Of a stretch of DNA of 64,000 nucleotides, positions 26,297 to 37,800 are shown piece after piece. This DNA is from Pseudovirgaria hyperparasitica. Taxonomy: Eukaryota. The stretch lies in the NCBI GenBank assembly GCA_010093815.1, contig ML996576.1; one strand, written 5' to 3'. Below the pieces are notes generated by a model. The model made no database searches. It saw only the letters and a program-made list of their open reading frames with translations, and had not been told where the DNA came from. Within the stretch, counting starts at the first letter, position 1, and each line of letters begins with the position of its first letter. Made by a program: the position numbers and the translations under genes.

Positions 26297-29004
26297 AGGG
26301 GGTCGGCGTATCGGCGTTCTAGTAGCGTGGTCCGTGCCTCTATCTCCGTGAGGATTTTAAGAGGGTATATATATATCTTTACACGGCGATAACGTCTTGG
26401 TTTCGACGCTGCACGTACGTGTGTATAGTAGTAGTTGGTATACTCGGTGTGCTCTATCGATTAAGGTGTGTATCTCGCTGTATTACCCCGAATGGACCAA
26501 GTTAGCCTCTTAGAGATGTAAAGGAAGTATAAAGATCTATATAGATCTATATAAACTCGCACTAATTAATATAAATAATATAGAGTCTAATACTTACTAC
26601 TTAGTTAGTATAGTCTTTGCTAGCTAGGGCGTAGCCCTAGTAATAGATAATATTATTTATCTATAGAACCTAAGTATTAGTAAGTAGACTCTAACTAGAT
26701 AAGAAGAGAGAATCTAATCTTATAATAGAGAAGGATAAGATTATTAAGGTCTAGAAAAATAAAAGGAAAACTATACCTTTATACTTAGGACTCTTAAAAT
26801 TATAAATAGACCTTTATAAATAGAATATTATAAATAGAACATCTATAATATATAAATATCTATTTATATATAACTCCGAAAACATATAAATAACCCTTAT
26901 TTATATACTCTTAATAGATAAGTAAATAGTCCCGGTATATATAATAATAGGTACTCTATTAACTAAGAAGTACCCGGTAAGAAATAGATTAATATAAAAA
27001 TAGTTCTTAATTAAAGAACTAAACTCTTTCTTCTATATACTTAATAATAGATCTAAGGTCTAAGAAGATATAGGGCTAAGGTCTAAGAAGGTATAGAGCT
27101 AAATTAAAGTAGACGTATAGATGGTAAGTCTAGTAGAATTTCGCTAGACTTACTACGTAAATATATATATATTAAATCTAAGTAGTCTAGCTTATAGAGA
27201 GTACTATACACGGTAGTAATAGAGGCTACTACCGTTCTATAATAATAATTATTACTACTAGAGTAATAATAGATACTACTACGTTAGAAAGCTATTCTTA
27301 GATAGATAGCTATCTATCTAGTACTAGAGGGATATAGATATAAAAGGAGCTACTAATATAGAAATTAAACTATCTTCTATAAATAACCTATAATAGATTT
27401 AATAGATAGATCCTTTTAATAGAAGATATACACGCTATAATCTAATAGTAGATATTAAGTCTAGTCGCTAAGGCCTATATTAGAGGGTATTATATATAAT
27501 AATAAGTATTACTATAAGCTAATAGTAATTACTACTATAATAACTAGATATAGAAGAGTAGCTTTATTAAGGGTTTTCTAGAAAGCTAGCGGAAATAAGC
27601 TAGATAATACTTACTTATAAGTAGTCTATAGCTAGAGTAGACTCTAGTAATAAATAAGTAGAGAGAGGGAGTAATATTAAGGGTAGACCCTAGGTATACT
27701 TAATACTAGCGTACTACGCCTACGCTACTACTCTCTCCTTACTTAATAAAGCTAAGTAAGCCTCTTTTTAATAGTATACTCTATCTCTTATCTTAAGGAA
27801 GCCGAGTAGACTTCGGCTTCCTCCCTTATTAAACTTACTATATTCTATAAATACTCTTACGTCTATGTATATGTTATATTCCTATAATAGTATAAAGGGT
27901 AGTAAATAGTTATATACTAGATAGATCGGCGTCCCTTTATATATATACTCTTAGATTTCTACTAAAAGGGTTTAGTAGTAATTCGTTCTATAAGAGAATA
28001 TACTCTATTATTCTATCTAACTATACTACTATCTAATAACTCTATTCTTACATAGATAATTATACTATATACTATAGGAAGATAAAAGCCATAGCTAAAA
28101 ACCTTGTAATATAGGCCAATAACTCTAATCTATATATAGCTATACTTCGGTTACTCTACTTATATAGTAAATAGAACTTTAATAGTATACTTTCATTACT
28201 AATAGCAAGTATAAGAAAGGGTAAGTATAAAATATAAGTTAGTCCTAATAAGAAGGTCTTTAAGTTCTTAGCGATATATAAAGCTACTAAAGTATATGTA
28301 CTTACTACTTAAGCTTTAATACGTGTAGCTTCCGGTTCGATTCTAGATTATAAAGTGAAATCTAATAGAGAGGTATACTTTATAAGTAATAAGAGTCTAT
28401 TATCTATATTTACTTTTATAAGACGTTACTATACTATAGCTAGATATTCTATTATACTAGAAGAGATTAGAATTATTCTATTTACGGCTATATAATTCAT
28501 AGTATTAGTAACTAAATAGATTTATACTCTATTTATAATAAATACTAAAACGCCTATAATAAGAAGGTAAAATATTAATTACCTTAACTATAGATATATA
28601 TAGAACATTAATAAAGTAAAGAAGAGATTAGAATATCTACCAATTAATAATTAGAATATAGTAATCTAGATAATAATAGACTAGAGTCTTAAAACCCTTA
28701 AGTAAGTTTAATTTTACTACTAACAACTTAAATATGTTTTACTAGATAGTATGAAAGCCATAGAATTATACTTAAGAACTCTAAGATCTAATAAATCTTT
28801 CTATGTATACTATCTATCTATTTCTTTAACTTAATTATAACTTTATACTTAATTAAGTTTAGTATTGTTAAATATTACTACTATAATTCGCGCTTACTAT
28901 AAAGAACCTCTATACTATATCTATATTTTAATAAAAGTATCTATATAACAATCTTTAGTTCTCTTATAGTAAGGTTAGTAAACTTTATAGTTACTTAACT
29001 TTAT

Positions 29005-29585
29005 TATAAGAAGGTAGACTCTATATACTAACTAACTATACTAAAAGGACCGAATCTTAAAGCTACTACTTTAAGGGTAGAGTATACTACTTATATATAA
29101 CTACTATATATATATATAATTAACTAGTAGGTCACATGTCTAATAATATCTCCCCTTTTTAAAGGCGTGTATCCTTATATATTATAGATATATTATCTTA
29201 TAAAAGATAAACTAAACTAGCTATAATAGGCCTAGTATAAACGAGTTATATATATACCTAATTAGATACTCGTAATGCCACCTCTAGTACTAGATATACT
29301 AACTTACTATAGTAATGTTACTACTATATTATCTATTATATATAGAATATATAATATAGTAAGCTAAACGGAATTATATAAACTTTAATAATAGTTAACT
29401 AGACTAAGAGTTAAACCTATAACTCTATAGTAGCTTTAAGATTATATAAGAAGTTAGGCTCTATATACTAACTAACTATACTAAAAGAACCAAATCTTAA
29501 AGCTACTACTTTAAGGGTAGAGTATACTACTTATATATAACTACTATATACATATGTAATTAACTAGTAGACTACGTGTCTAACA
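29005..29585 (-). mobile_element. TRIM-like non-autonomous mini LTR retroelement (581 bp)
   Basis: Two 141-bp direct repeats (29005-29145, 29445-29585; the right one ends ..TAACA); 5-bp TSD TTTAT (29000-29004 / 29586-29590); ctccccttttt (minus-strand polypurine tract) beside the left repeat; no coding capacity. Confidence 0.85.
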
Positions 29586-31324
29586 TTTATAGTATCTCTA
29601 AATACTTTAAAGATTAATATATTATTAGCGTTATTTCTATCTATATATAACTATTTTAGCGCGACTATTACTATATATTATATATATAATATAATACTTT
29701 TCTTATATATTCTTAAAACGTAAATTTTTCTTAATATCTCTAGATTTAAGACTCTAGAAGATACTAGAATCTTATATATACTTTTAATTATATCTTAAGA
29801 ATATTTATTAAGAATATTTATTAAGCTCTTTAAAAGACTAAATAATCTTTAAGAGATAGATAATAGAAAGTATATTTATTTTCTTTTTTTCTCTACTATA
29901 TATCTTAGTACTTTAGTAGTTATCTACTTTATAGAGTTTTTCTTAAAATAATTAATTAATTTATTATTAACTCTTTTTTATTAATTTTATTATATAGAAA
30001 GTAAGAGACTATATAGATATAGATATAGACTAGGGTAGTCTACGGCTAGTAGACTACTTATAGTCTTGAATTTAAGGTACTAAGGCACGCTAGAAAATCC
30101 ATGGTAAAGTTAAATTTTTAAATCTACTACTAAACATAATACTAGAGACTTATAAACTCTACTTATCTATAATAACACGGCTATAGATAGTAAAAAGTAT
30201 ATAGAATTATATAGTATTTTATTCTCTATAGAATTATTAGTTAAATTTTTAATTAAGAGTATAGTTAATTTAATATATAGTAAAGGGTAAATTTTTAGAT
30301 ATGATTTTAGTAAGGGCGCTAGTAGATACTAGATAAAATATTATATCTTTTTATAATTCTATAGAAATATAATAAAGAAACTTACTAGAGTTCTAGTTCT
30401 AGAGATACTAAGAAAACTATAAGTTTTAAGAATATAAGAAAATATTTTATATTATATATATTATATATACTAAAAGCTATACTAAAGAAGTTATAGATAG
30501 ATTCTTAGATTTTATTTATCTATTAAATAATAATATACTATATATAGATATATATATCTAATCTTTCTTTACTATTATAATTTTATTAGAGAACTAAAAT
30601 ACTCTACTAAATTTTACTATTTCTCTAGTTTAGATTAAGTATACTAGTCTATTTAAAGCTATATTACTATACTATTTTCTTTTATAATATATATCTTAGA
30701 ACTATAGTTAAAGTTTCTACTATAGAGTCTCTTTTAAAATTAATCTTTTTTAGAAAAAGTCTCTAATTAAATTACTAGTAGTAAAGTCTATTTATTTATA
30801 GTTTATATACTTATAAATAGAGAAGAGAGTAAGAAAGAAGAATACTAGTAATAAAGTATATATTATAATAAGAATAAGCTTAAGATTATCTTTTTTAGTT
30901 ATATCTAAAGATATTTTATAAATACTATTAAATTAATCTATATAATTATATAAGTATAGTCTTTTCTATTATAGAACTAGAGCTCTATATAAGAGTATAA
31001 TATTTAAATATAGCTCTTAATAGTAAGATAACTATATAAATGCTAAATTACTTGGTTCTAGAAAAACAATGAATATCCGGGCCTAGCTCGGCCCGTAGAG
31101 CGACAGCCTACTCGCTAGATTATCTTCTTAGTCTTTACGTCTTCATACAATACTTTCCATACTTAACTTTAATACTTTCTTTCTCCTCGATGTATCGAGC
31201 CCTACCTTTAACGCGACACTTCTACTACCGTTAGCGCCGATACTCTCTTCGTCCTCCACGGCCTTTGTTTAGTTTAGCACGAAGTAGACCTTACTACTCC
31301 GTCCCTTTCGATAGAGTGACCTTA

Positions 31325-32176
31325 ATGGGCTTTCGTTGGGCCCGTCGCTTTGCTGGCGCACTCAGAGGTGTACTCCGGTATCTTTTCTGTGCGACCGATA
31401 GTTCAGCCCGGCGTAGCAGCTTGGAACACGACCCACCCTTTCCTCCAGGTTCGTTGCAATATCTAGCTGCCGGCAAGACTGGTATTGTCTACGCTATCGA
31501 CTCGGAAAGAGTATGGAAAGAGTTTGAGTCTCGTGAAGATGGGGAAGTCGAGCGCCGCGTCTATAAGCGCCTAGGCTTACATCCAAATATTGCAAAACTC
31601 TTGCTCGTCCGTGCCGATGGCTCGATTATTCTCGAGCGCGGAACAGCAATTCGCGATATACTTCGAGATTGTCGTGCTACGGATTTATCAATTACAACGA
31701 AAGTCGACTGGCTGATAGGTGCCGCGCGAGGTTATCAGTATCTTCACGACAACGCGATAATCCATGGCGATGTTGGATGTAACAATCTAATCCTAGCAAG
31801 GGATGGTAATGTTAAGCTCATTGACTTCGAAGGATGCAGTATCGACGGTGGGACAGCGGATTCATGCTATGAATGGTTCAGCTATCGGCGAGCGGACCCT
31901 TACGTCAGCCGCACCACGGATATCTTTGCCTTTGGCTGTGCGGTGTATGAGATCATTACCGGCAAGCCTCCTTATCACGAGTTTGAATCGCTAGCGGATT
32001 GCGGTGCACATGTTCAGCAGCTCTACGCAGCATGCCAGTTCCCAGATGTAGCAGGTGTTCCACTAAGCAATGTAATAGAAAAGTGCTGGCACGGAGGCCT
32101 GGAGTCAATGGATGCAGTGATTCAAAATTTAGAAGTCTCAAAAGCTAATCTTAAAGTCAGAGGCCCTCTCCATTAA
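31325..32176 (+). CDS. Intronless protein kinase (fungal expanded TKL-like / Ser-Thr kinase family)
   Basis: LAAGKTGIVY Gly-loop, VWK, alphaC Glu, HPNI, IIHGDVGCNNLIL catalytic loop, DFEG, DIFAFG...YEIITGKPPY, CW. First in-frame ATG at 31325 (the ORF track starts at a TTG). Confidence 0.88.
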   Translation: MGFRWARRFAGALRGVLRYLFCATDSSARRSSLEHDPPFPPGSLQYLAAGKTGIVYAIDSERVWKEFESREDGEVERRVYKRLGLHPNIAKLLLVRADGSIILERGTAIRDILRDCRATDLSITTKVDWLIGAARGYQYLHDNAIIHGDVGCNNLILARDGNVKLIDFEGCSIDGGTADSCYEWFSYRRADPYVSRTTDIFAFGCAVYEIITGKPPYHEFESLADCGAHVQQLYAACQFPDVAGVPLSNVIEKCWHGGLESMDAVIQNLEVSKANLKVRGPLH

Positions 32177-32252
32177 GATGAGTACTACAACTATGTCTTC
32201 CATATCCTCAGTCGGTCGTTCTAGTAAATCATCTCCTTTATATATAAGCCTC

Positions 32253-32553
32253 TTATAGCTGTACGTCTCTCTATTAAGTATTATAAGCTACAAAGCTACT
32301 ACGCGAGTACGAGTGAACTTACCCATTTAACAATGTAGACTCCTGATCCCGTGCCGGAATCCCGACACCCAAAACAAGGTCCGCCTTTCTGCGAAGGAAG
32401 GCCATCCTTCGTAACATCTCGCGTAGCGTCTAAACAAGGTGGGCCTGGCAGTGGCGATGTATCGCATCTATGGCGCAACCGAGTCTCGATTTGATGCCGA
32501 GGTGCTTTGTTACATACACTCTGGTAAGCAATCGAGATGCCGTAAACGCACAT
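32253..32553 (-). CDS. Small Cys/His-rich protein (~80 aa), hypothetical, possibly metal-binding
   Basis: MCVYGISIAYQSVCNKAPRH...C...C...CFGC pattern resembles small ascomycete MC-x-C-x-H...CxxC proteins; GTAAGT donor at 32322 and probable acceptor at 32271; non-RIPped composition. Confidence 0.5.
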
Positions 32554-32861
32554 GGCGAAACGAGGTAAGTAGTACTTCTTATAGAATTAGAGAAGAGATC
32601 TCCTAAATGAAGGATCGGCGTAAAAGATAGAATACCTAGATAGAATAAAGTATACAAGGTTACCGTAGTGCGGGTAAGTACCTACTACAGAGAATATAGA
32701 GCCCTAGCTAAGCTAGAGTTATACTATTATAGAATAAATATTCTTCATAGTATATACTATAATTAAGTTAGTAATCTTATCTATCTATCTAGATCTAGAA
32801 AATATATATATATATACTTAGATAAAAGTTAATTTAATTTTTTAAACTAAATCTTAGAGTA

Positions 32862-32996
32862 TTGAATATATATAAAATATAAGTTTCTATATATTATTTA
32901 GACTTTTATAAGTAGTATTATCTACTCTTATAATAGTAGCTTTAGAGTTTAGATATTTTTATATAGTAGTTAGTATATAAAGTACTAATTCTTATA
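32862..32996. repeat. Degenerate solo LTR related to the TRIM LTR, inverted orientation
   Basis: Reverse complement shares tataagaa..tatatactaact..ctaaagctacta..agtaga..tactactt with 29005-29145. Confidence 0.55.
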
Positions 32997-33131
32997 GTAT
33001 ATTATAATATATAACTATTTTATTACTATAATTAGATTAATCTATATTATATATACTTAGTATAGCTATATTAATAAGACTATTATAGTATAGACTTAGT
33101 TATTTTATATTAATTATTTATAGCTTAGTTA

Positions 33132-33276
33132 TACTAATAGTAGACTCTATACTTATACTAACTATCTTTACTAAAAGAATTAAATCTTAAAGCTACTACT
33201 TTAATAGTAGAGTATACTACTAATAAAGAACTACTATTTATATAGAAGACTATATACTTAACTTATATATCTAATA
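33132..33276. repeat. Degenerate solo LTR related to the TRIM LTR
   Basis: Shares gtagactctata..actaact..ctaaaagaa..aatcttaaagctactacttta..gtagagtatactact..tctaata with 29005-29145. Confidence 0.7.
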
Positions 33277-33356
33277 TTCGTAATGGATTAATATCTTAGA
33301 CTATAATATATATCTCATATTAAGAAGTCTTTATATTATTTATGGTTCTACTATAT

Positions 33357-34575
33357 CTAAAACTCGAGTTCTTCTACTTCCATACTACAACTAATACACT
33401 TCTTTTTACTTTCGCCAGTTATTGGATCCTCGATTGGAGCCCCCCATACATGCTCGTGTCTATCATTCGACCCCTTTAGACTACCGCCGAATCCTACGTC
33501 CCCACTACCTCCAAGCATCTTACGCTTATGGGCCTCTACCATTGTTCTTTTCTTTAGCTCGGCAAGTTTGGTATTGAATTTCTTTTCCTTTCTCCGCTTC
33601 TTGTCCGTTTCCCTTCTCTGGAATTCTGCATCCAAAGCCTCAGGTGAACCCCATTTCTGAGGCGAGAATGCATATTCTTCAATCTGATATCGGAGGTAAA
33701 GCTGCATGTCGTTCCAAGTTGCTTTATGTGGATTCGGTCGTTTCAGATGCCGTAAAAGGTCCTCGTCTTGAAGCTCCGCTGTAATGGAAGAAATTTATCA
33801 GTCATAGATAGAGTGGAATACTACAAACGTAGACGTACGGTTCGTCAGGATATAATCCTCTCTCGCTTCAGTTTTAGTCAACAAACTGTATTTGTCGGGA
33901 AATTTGTCCTTGCACGCTCCGCAGACCTGACAATCGAACACCTCGTCCCATTTCCAATCAATTTCCAAGCTTGCGCACTCCCTGCACCTCTTCGTGTCTT
34001 TGTGTAGCACGCTAATACCAGGCTCGAACATGCCCTGTTTGCTCGCTCGGAGTTTTTTTAATAACTGATGCCTTTCCCATTCACCGAGCGTCATGTGTGC
34101 TGGCTTTTCTTCTTGGTTAGGGACATTCATCGCTCGATTTCGAGGATCGTCGTTGGCAGTCAAGAACCCGCCTTTTGTATCCGTCATCTTGCTAAAGTCA
34201 TACTCGACATATTTATCGAACTTCTTCGCCGCCTGTATAACGTTGTCATCTCTCGGTCGGGACATCTCGTCTACGGTGATACGGGGATCCGACGCATCGC
34301 GCTGGGTTTTGGGACGATTCGAGATGATGGAGGAATGTGGTCGCTTTTGTCCAGTAGCAAACAAGCTCGGATTATCCCGCGGCTGTGCTCTTTTGTTGTC
34401 ATCTTGAGTACGCAGTGCTTTCGCCCTCAACCGTGACTCTTCCTAGTCGGTTGTCAGCTTTATTGGGGCAGACGAGCTGTTTACTCACCAAACGCCGAAT
34501 CCGTTCTGGTGTCAGAGACGAGGGTAGAGTTCCTGGTGTTGTCACTGGCGGTGGCGTTAAACGACCTCCAGACAT
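33357..34575 (-). CDS. RAD14: DNA damage recognition / nucleotide excision repair protein, XPA homologue
   Basis: Exons 34575-34489, 34442-33839, 33778-33357 with GT-AG introns; YVEYDFSKMTDTKGGF, zinc finger CREC...CGAC, YSLLTKTEAREDY, PNPH..W..MQLYLR.QIE, KWGS.EALD.EF. Confidence 0.95.
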
Positions 34576-34839
34576 GTTTCTAGATACAACATTGCGCTTT
34601 TGAGTAGATGGAGGTTGATATGTAGTGACGCAGCGGGTGGCGTCGGCCGAAACACGACATCACGTGTTATATTTTCAGCGGCCATACTTAAGAATTATGT
34701 TGCTCTTGTATGAACGAGACATTCATGACAGTGGTCTATTGAATCAGATCTCAAAGATACTTCTGATACGGCAAATGCTCCAATTACCCTAATCACCCTA
34801 CATCTTCGCCATCTTCCAATTCGCAAACTTGTCTGTAGT

Positions 34840-35539
34840 TCATTCTTCCTTCGCGCCACCACGTCCAGAGCGCTCTGCAGCCTCAATACTCTTCTTGTCT
34901 GTCGCCACTTCGCCACCCTGGAGGTTTGCCATGAAGCCACCCGCAGCCTTGAAAGGGCGCTTCAAGTCACCGCTAGCGGGCTTTCCGAGAAGGTGGATCT
35001 TGACCAGGTTGCCCTCGAATGCACCCTTCAGAGGAATGATCGACTGGATCAGGAGAGGGTTCGTATATTTGAAGTAGAGATGCATGACAGCCATCATACC
35101 AACGCCCATGAGCTGACCCTTAAACAAGCCGCGAACTTGTTGGAGATCGTAGGCGTGGACAGTAGTCGTTACAGCTTTTGGTTCTTCCCCAGAGCCCATC
35201 GGCGCAGGCTCGACATACTTAAGTACGGTCATGTCTGTAATAACGTTTAATGAGCTATTGTCGTACACAGCGATGTAGTTTGCCATATGCGCCATGTACA
35301 CCTACCCTTCTTTTTGTTTATTTGCATCTGGACGTAGACGTATATCCCAAGAATTATGATGTTCGATAAGATGTATACACCACGAACGATATTAAGGACA
35401 TTCGGGTCTTCGAAGGCGATCTTTTTAGAAACCTGCATCATCACCAAGATGATAGCCAGGTTGGAGCTATACTATTCTTAGGTCTCGTACACACAGGTAG
35501 TGGACGGGTTCAATTAACTTACATCTGAGGGTTGACCAT
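34840..35539 (-). CDS. PHO88: Pho88/Snd3 ER membrane protein (inorganic phosphate transport / SND targeting pathway)
   Basis: Exons 35539-35523, 35466-35306, 35234-34840; MVNPQISNL..MMQVSKKI.FEDP, D.TVLKYVEP, YD, MHLYFKYTNPLLIQSI, L.RPFK. Confidence 0.95.
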
Positions 35540-36372
35540 TTTGAGTAGTGCCTTAATGTAATAATGTAGTAGAGTTTCGTGGTTTCAAGGCTGTGAGATG
35601 TGGTAGAGGAGTGTTTCTCTGTGTTGCGATCTGCGCAGCGAAGAAGTTTCAGGGTCGAAGTCGAGTCGAGTCAAGGCCACCTAGCCACAGCATGAGCGCC
35701 CATAATCTAACTACTTTCGGCCAAGTGCATATAAAGCAAATACTCATCTCTAAAACTACTCTCGAATCAATGCAACTTTGATCACACTCCACAGAAGTGC
35801 AAACCCCTCCACTGTCTCCCCTACAGCTCCTATGCTTCGTGCTCCATAAAGTTTCCGTGCCTTATAACAGAGATGTTATGCCGATGCTGTCCCTACCATC
35901 GATGCAATAGACCCACCGAGTAGTGACTGAACATGGAACAGGTACTTACATATTTACAAACGGGGATTTGTCGCCCATTACACGTGGCACAATGAGGAGA
36001 TTTTCGGAAGAACACGTGCTCCCAGGTACAGACTCTATTTTTGACTCATCGCACGATATATCCAACTTTAGGCTGTGAATATGGGAAGGAATGCGTCACT
36101 CCTAATTGCCGGTATTCGAGTTGCAAGCACCCGGTTCGAGTTGGACTTAGACGGTGAAACTCGATACGAGCGCGACGGCATACCGTCCAAATGCTGTCAA
36201 TTTTGGTCACCAATCTCCTACGAAATATATTCAGCTTGTAGAGACAGCGCTGCACCTAGCGCAATTCCGATAGCAAACTCGCATTTCATATTTTATAGAA
36301 GAAAGATGCTCTAGCCACTACAGGGTAGAGTCCATTAGGCTGCATATATAAGCTTGATACAGTCCTGTTTAT

Positions 36373-37800
36373 CTATCTCTTCTTTGCTTGACCACGAGCT
36401 TTGATCGTAGGAAATTCTAGGGGTATCCTGAGCTTAGCTATTCTATGGTCACTTGCCTCAGCCTTCGTTATCCTCATTTGTTGTCTCTCTGTCTCCGTGG
36501 GATTGGCGATCTTGCAGCCAATCTCTCTAAAGTAATCACAAATTTCTTTCGGTTCGCGGCTAAGGTCTTTGTGAAGCGCAAAAATGTCGACATCGAACTG
36601 ATCAACAATGAGAGCTAACGCGCAAATGTGGGTTATTAGATAATCAACATTCCATCTAGGCATTTGGCTATAGAACTAGGTTAGCAAAGATTGCAACAGG
36701 TCACCAGGATTGAAGAACTCACTTCCCCGTTGAAAACTTGCGAACGATATCGCTGATGATCGAATCTGGCGCTTTCATAAGCTTCTTCAGCTCTTCTCTC
36801 TTGGGTAATTTGTATGGAAGCCTTTTCCGAGGAAGAGAATTGTGGAATTGCAGCAGGTGCAGGATGTATCTCAGGGCTTTAACTTTTGTCGTGTCTCCAC
36901 TCCTTGCGATTTTCATGACACGGTTTGCCACAAATCTGCTTGCACTGCCCTCGATGTTGTCTGGATCTTCTATCCAGTCGTTGATTTCCAGCGAGATAAG
37001 AGAACTTGCTGGAATAAGACTCTCAATTGTGTAGACTTCTTGTAGATTCTTCGTGGCTAGATTTGCGATAGGCCTCGGTCTCGACGCCGCTATCTCAGCT
37101 TGCACAGTCTCTTGAGAAGGCATATCGGCAGTAGAATGAACAATAGAGCTAATCAAAGCGGCCGTGGCAGCATCGGCTGTGGGAGCTACGCCATCGATCT
37201 CTGTCGACGTGATAGCATTCTCTGTGAGGCTCTTGATTTGCTTCTTTGCCTTCGCTCCCCCAAATTCCAAGCCAAGCGCGTTGCGCGCATTCATGTTCTG
37301 TAGCACCGTTAATGCCAGGAGCGAGACACCTGTTGTCAATTGCATACCGATGCTTGCGCAGCTCGCTGTCTTTGAAGATCCCCTTCCCTCTGCGATTCTT
37401 GCGTTTCGCGACGGAGTGAGCATCTTACTGAGAACCTTCGTGGTACCTCAATAACTCTCAGTAGCTTGTCAGTTGTAGGATCATATACGCCGATGTAGTG
37501 CTTAGTGTGCCCATCTTCCTCTTCTCTCATGATGTAGTCCAATTCATCATGGTTTGAGGAGTAGAGAAGAAGCTCTTTACTGCGTGACAATTTGCCCTCC
37601 TTCAGGTACGTCTGGAATTGAGCCTCGCGCGGTAGCGAAATGCATGGTGTGGAAGCTGAATGCTGAACATTAGTATAGTGTGCATATGTATAGTATAGGA
37701 AGAGCCCACCAAGGATTGGACCAAGTTCTTGAAGCTCGATCGCACTTTTTTTCGCGGGTCTTTCTAGTCCAGTAGATTGCCTTTTGCGTTTTTCGGTCAT
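36373..37800 (-). CDS. RPA49: RNA polymerase I subunit A49-like
   Basis: Exons 37800-37710, 37655-37348, 37297-36723, 36667-36373; HYIGVYDP.T, ARNALGLEFG..KAKKQI, RP.P.AN.....EVY..E.LI, LITHICALAL.VD.F, YFREIGCK, AKL.IPL.FP. Confidence 0.9.

Larger units (their letters stand above)
21237..26565 (-). mobile_element. Tad1-like LINE (non-LTR retrotransposon), copy 1, RIPped
   Basis: Homologous (inverted) to 44880-50162; (TAA)n tail at ~21237-21255; 17-bp TSD TTAATATAAATAATATA (21220-21236 / 26566-26582); ORF1 ATG at 26262; endonuclease and RT motifs on the minus strand. Confidence 0.92.
15276..27889 (+). mobile_element. Full-length chromovirus-type Gypsy retrotransposon 'C' (RIPped), carrying a nested LINE
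   Basis: 215-bp LTRs at 15276-15490 and 27675-27889; 5-bp TSD GTATA (15271-15275 / 27890-27894); PPT gagagagggag before the 3' LTR; knuckle LYFYYRVSGY*IKGY (~16555-16600); RT KTAFRTR (~17790), VYIDNIIIY (~17920-17945); integrase; chromodomain-like *VKEILY...VLVK*TGY...*KP (~20295-20400). Confidence 0.92.
13950..28052 (+). mobile_element. 3' remnant of Gypsy family B (internal 3' region 13950-15205 plus a 228-bp LTR split into 15206-15275 and 27895-28052 by Gypsy C)
   Basis: 13961-15205 is the reverse complement of ~42343-43586; the two LTR halves (70+158 bp) rebuild the reverse complement of the LTR at 54694-54921. Confidence 0.88.

Noticed and set aside
33768..37454. Plus-strand ORFs overlapping RAD14, PHO88 and RPA49, and ORFs at 35593 and 36075
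   Set aside because: Antisense shadows or short ORFs with non-ATG starts and no recognisable motifs.
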